From the human T2T-CHM13v2.0 reference genome, Homo sapiens: a stretch of DNA of 64,000 nucleotides. Position numbers and translations under genes: made by a program. Below are positions 60,527-64,000 of the stretch, piece by piece. The number at the start of each line of letters is the position of its first letter. Within the stretch, counting starts at the first letter, position 1. The notes beneath the pieces were generated by a model. The model worked only from the letters and a program-made list of their open reading frames with translations. It was not told the DNA's origin and ran no database searches. The stretch is taken from assembly GCF_009914755.1 (NCBI RefSeq), contig NC_060940.1; one strand, 5' to 3'.

Positions 60527-63500
60527 TCAGTGATGTTTCCATTCGACTCCATTCGATGATGATTCCATTCGACTCCATTCGATTATGATTTCATTCAATT
60601 CCATTCGATAATGATTCCCTTCGAGTCCATTCGATGATTCCATTCGATTCCATTCAACGATGATTTGATTCGTGTCCATTCGATGATTCCATTTGATTCC
60701 ACTTGATGATGATTCCATTCGAGTCCATTTGATGATTCCATTCAATTCCATTCTCCGATGATTTCTTTTGAGCCCATTCAATGCTTCCACTCGATTCCAT
60801 ATGATGATGACTCCATTCGATGAAATTCGATGATGATTCCATTCGCTTGCATTCGATGATGATTCCACTTGAGTCCATTAGAAGATTCTATTCAATTACA
60901 TTCCATGACGATTCCGTTCGAGTCCATTTGATGATTCCATTAGACTCCATTCGACGATGATTCCATTCGATGTTATTCGATGATTCCATTCGATCTCATT
61001 CGATGATGATTCCATTCAACTCCATTCGATGTTTCCATTCGAGTTCATTCTATTATTCCATTAGATTCCATTCGATGATGATTCCATTCGATTCCATTTG
61101 ATGATTGCATTCTATTTCATTTGATGATGATTCCATTCGAGTCCACTCGATGATTCCATTCGAGTCCATTTAATGAATCCATTGGTTTCAATTCTATGAT
61201 GATTACATTGGATTACATTCGTTGATGACTTCATTCGGTTCCATTCAATGATGATTCCATTCAATTCCTTTCAATGTTTCCATTCAATTCCATACGATGA
61301 TGATTCCATTTGATTTGATTCGACAGTGAGCCATTCGATTCAATTCCATGATGATTCTATTTGATTCAATTGGTTGACATTTCCATTCGATTCCATTCGA
61401 TGATGATTCCCTTTGATTCCATTCAAAGATGATTCCATTCTAGCCCATTCAATCATTCCATTCGATTCTATTCAATGATGATTCCATTCATGTCGATTTG
61501 GTGATTCCATTTGACTTCATTTGATGATGATTCCTTTCAAGTTCATTAGATGATTCCATTCGATTCCATTTGATGATGATCCCATTCGAGTCCATTCAGT
61601 GATTCCACTCGTTTCCATTCCATGATGATTCCATTCCATTCCATTCAATGATTCCATTCGATTCCGTTTGATGATGATTTCATTCGAGTCCATTTGATGA
61701 TTCCATTTGATTCCATTCCATGATGATTCCATTCGAGTCCATTCGATGATTCTATTCGAATCCATTTGATGATTTCTTTTGATTATAGTTGGTGATGATT
61801 CCTTTGGAGTCCATTCAATGATTCCATTCGATTCCAATCGATGGTGATTCCATTAGAGTCCATTTAATGATTCCATTTGATTCCAGTCTCTGATGATTAC
61901 ATTCGAGTCCATACGATGATTCCACTCAATTCCATATGATGATGATTCCATTCGATTCCATTCGATGATTCCATTCTATTCTATTCAATGGTGATTCCAT
62001 TCGAGTACATTAGATGATTCCATTCGATTCCATTCAATGATGATTCTATTTGTGTCCCTTAGATGATTCCACATGATTCCATTAGATGATGATACTATTT
62101 GAGCCCATCCAATGATTCCCTTCAATTCCATTCGATGAGGATTCCATTCGATTCAATTCATTGGTGATTCTATTCAATTCAATTCTTTGATTCCATTCCA
62201 TTCCATTCGACAATGATTCCATTCGATTTCTTTCGATGATTCCACTCGATTCCACTTGACATTGATTCCCTTCGATTCCATTCAATGATTCCATTTGATT
62301 CCAGTGGATGATGATTGCCATCGATTCCATTCGATCACTCCATTCTATTCCATTTGATGATGATTACATTCGATTCCATTTGACGATTCCATCTGATTCT
62401 ATTCGAGGATTCCATTTGATTCCATTCGATGATGATTCCATTCGAGTCCATTCGATGATTTCATTCGAGTACATCCAATGATTCCATTCGAGTCCATTTG
62501 ATGATTCCATTTGATTCCATTTCATAATGATTCTACTAGAGTCCATTCAATGACTCCATTGGAGTCCATTCAACACTTCCATTCGACTCCATTTGATGAT
62601 TCCATTCGATTCCATTTGATGATTCCATTCGAGTCCATTTAATCATTACAGTCAAGTCCATTTGGTGATTCCACTGGATTTCTTTAGATAATGATACCAT
62701 TCAATTACATTTGATGATGATCCCATTCAATTTCATTTGATGATGATTCCATTAGAGTCCATTCGATGATTTCTTTCGAGTCCCTTCATTGATTCCATCC
62801 GATTTCATTGGATGATGACTCCATTCGAGTCCATTCGATGATTCCACTCGATTCCATTAGATGATTCCATTGGAGTCCATTTGATTGTTCCATTCGATTC
62901 CATTCGATTCCTTTCGAAGATTATTCCATTTGAGTCCATTCGATGATGATTCCATTCCATTCCATTCGATGATTCCGTTTGATTCCATTCGATGAATCCC
63001 TTCGATTCCTTTCTTTGATGATTCCATTCCATTCCATTCAATGATTCCATTCGAATCTATTCCGTGATGATTCCTTTCGATTCCATTCGCTGATGTTTCC
63101 TTTCAATTCCATTCGATGATGATTCCATTTGATTCCATTCATTGAGGATTCCATTTGATTCCATTCAATGATGTTTCCGTTCTATTCCATTCAATGATTG
63201 CATTCAATTCCATTCAATGATTATCCCCTTAGAGTAAACTCAACGATTCCATTCAATACCATTCGATGATGATTCCTTTTGAGTCCATTCAATGATTTCA
63301 TTCAAGTCCATTTGATGATTCCTTTCAATTCCATTCTATGATGATTCCATTCGAGTCCATTCGATGATTCCATTCGATTGCATTCGATGATTCCATTATA
63401 TTCCAGTCAACGATGATTCCATTCGAGTCCATTCGATGATTCCATTAGAGTACATTTAATGATTGCTTTGTTTTCAATTCGAAGATGATTACATTCGATT

Positions 63501-64000
63501 CCATTCTATGATACCATTCGATTCCATTCAATGATGATTCCACTCAAATCCATTGGATGATTCCATTCGTGTCCATTCGGTGATTTCATTAGATTCCATT
63601 CGAGGATGATTCCATTCGATTCCATTCGATGATTCCATTCAATTCCATTCGATGATGATTCCATTCCAGTCCATATGATCATTCCATTTGATTTCATTCG
63701 ATGATGATTCCATTCGATTCCATTCGATGATTCCATTCTATTCCATTCGATGATGATTCCATTCGAGTCCATTCGATGATTCCATTCGAGTCCATTTAAT
63801 GATTCCATTGGGTTCAATTCAATGATGATTACATTGGATTCCGTTCTATGATTCCATTCAATTCCGTTCATTGACAATTTGATTCCATTCGATGATGATT
63901 CCATTTGAGTTCATTCGATGATTCTATTCGATTCTCTTCGATGGTGATTCAATTCTATTATATTGGATGATTCCATTCGATTCCATTTGATGTTGATTCA
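60527..64000 (+). repeat. Higher-order unit 11 (type B, truncated by window end)
   Basis: ORF landmarks identical to unit 6 at +26718 (33809/60527, 34799/61517, 36788/63506). Confidence 0.9.

Larger units (their letters stand above)
1..64000 (+). repeat. Human satellite II (HSat2/HSATII)-type pericentromeric satellite array, CATTC strand on +; probably HSat2B with a ~6.1-kb higher-order period
   Basis: Every line consists of diverged CATTC pentamers arranged as ATTCCATTCGA(T/G)TCCATTCGATG(ATG) 23/26-bp monomers, with abundant TCGA and GATGATG. This is the known HSat2 signature rather than the long pure (CATTC)n runs of HSat3. The subfamily call rests on the 6112-bp period and is inference. 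Confidence 0.96.

Noticed and set aside
15-63904. Numerous minus-strand ORFs (MESSNGIEWNHHRM-type peptides), longest 193 aa at 5195-5776
   Set aside because: They are translations of the GGAAT/ATC satellite strand, which is rich in ATG and poor in stops. They overlap in all three frames, are low-complexity, show no recognisable domain and are broken by indels between copies. I used them only as positional landmarks.
1-64000. CRISPR-like repeat/spacer array
   Set aside because: The monomers are contiguous and degenerate, with no unique spacers, leader or cas genes.
1-64000. HSat3, alpha satellite or telomeric repeat
   Set aside because: There are no long pure (CATTC)n runs, no 171-bp monomers and no TTAGGG arrays. 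The CATTCGATTC/GATGATG content fits HSat2.
1-64000. Strand inversion or L1/Alu/ERV insertion
   Set aside because: CATTC polarity is constant, and I saw no GGAAT-rich tract, poly(A) tail or non-satellite stretch. Isolated GGAAT words (for example ~32423) are point variants.

Overview
The whole 64 kb window is one uninterrupted, single-orientation array of a CATTC-derived classical satellite matching human satellite II (HSat2/HSATII; 23/26-bp monomers such as ATTCCATTCG-AGTCCATTCG-ATG[ATG]). I see no genes, RNA genes, transposon insertions or CRISPR arrays. The listed ORFs are artefacts of translating the GGAAT strand. Using rare variants and repeated ORF coordinates as landmarks, the array resolves into 11 higher-order units starting at 15, 10005, 15632, 21739, 27900, 33809, 40377, 44432, 50563, 54618 and 60527, with lengths 9990, 5627, 6107, 6161, 5909, 6568, 4055, 6131, 4055, 5909 and a partial last unit. 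The ~6-kb units reconcile exactly to a 6112-bp consensus plus discrete indels, consistent with the ~6.1-kb HSat2B period associated with the chr16 pericentromere (chromosome assignment is inference). Above this level sit a 10,186-bp tandem duplication and a 26,718-bp super-period. I find no evidence for a new protein- or RNA-based system; the interesting content is the nested repeat architecture and its recombination history. All comparisons were made by eye, not by computed alignment.
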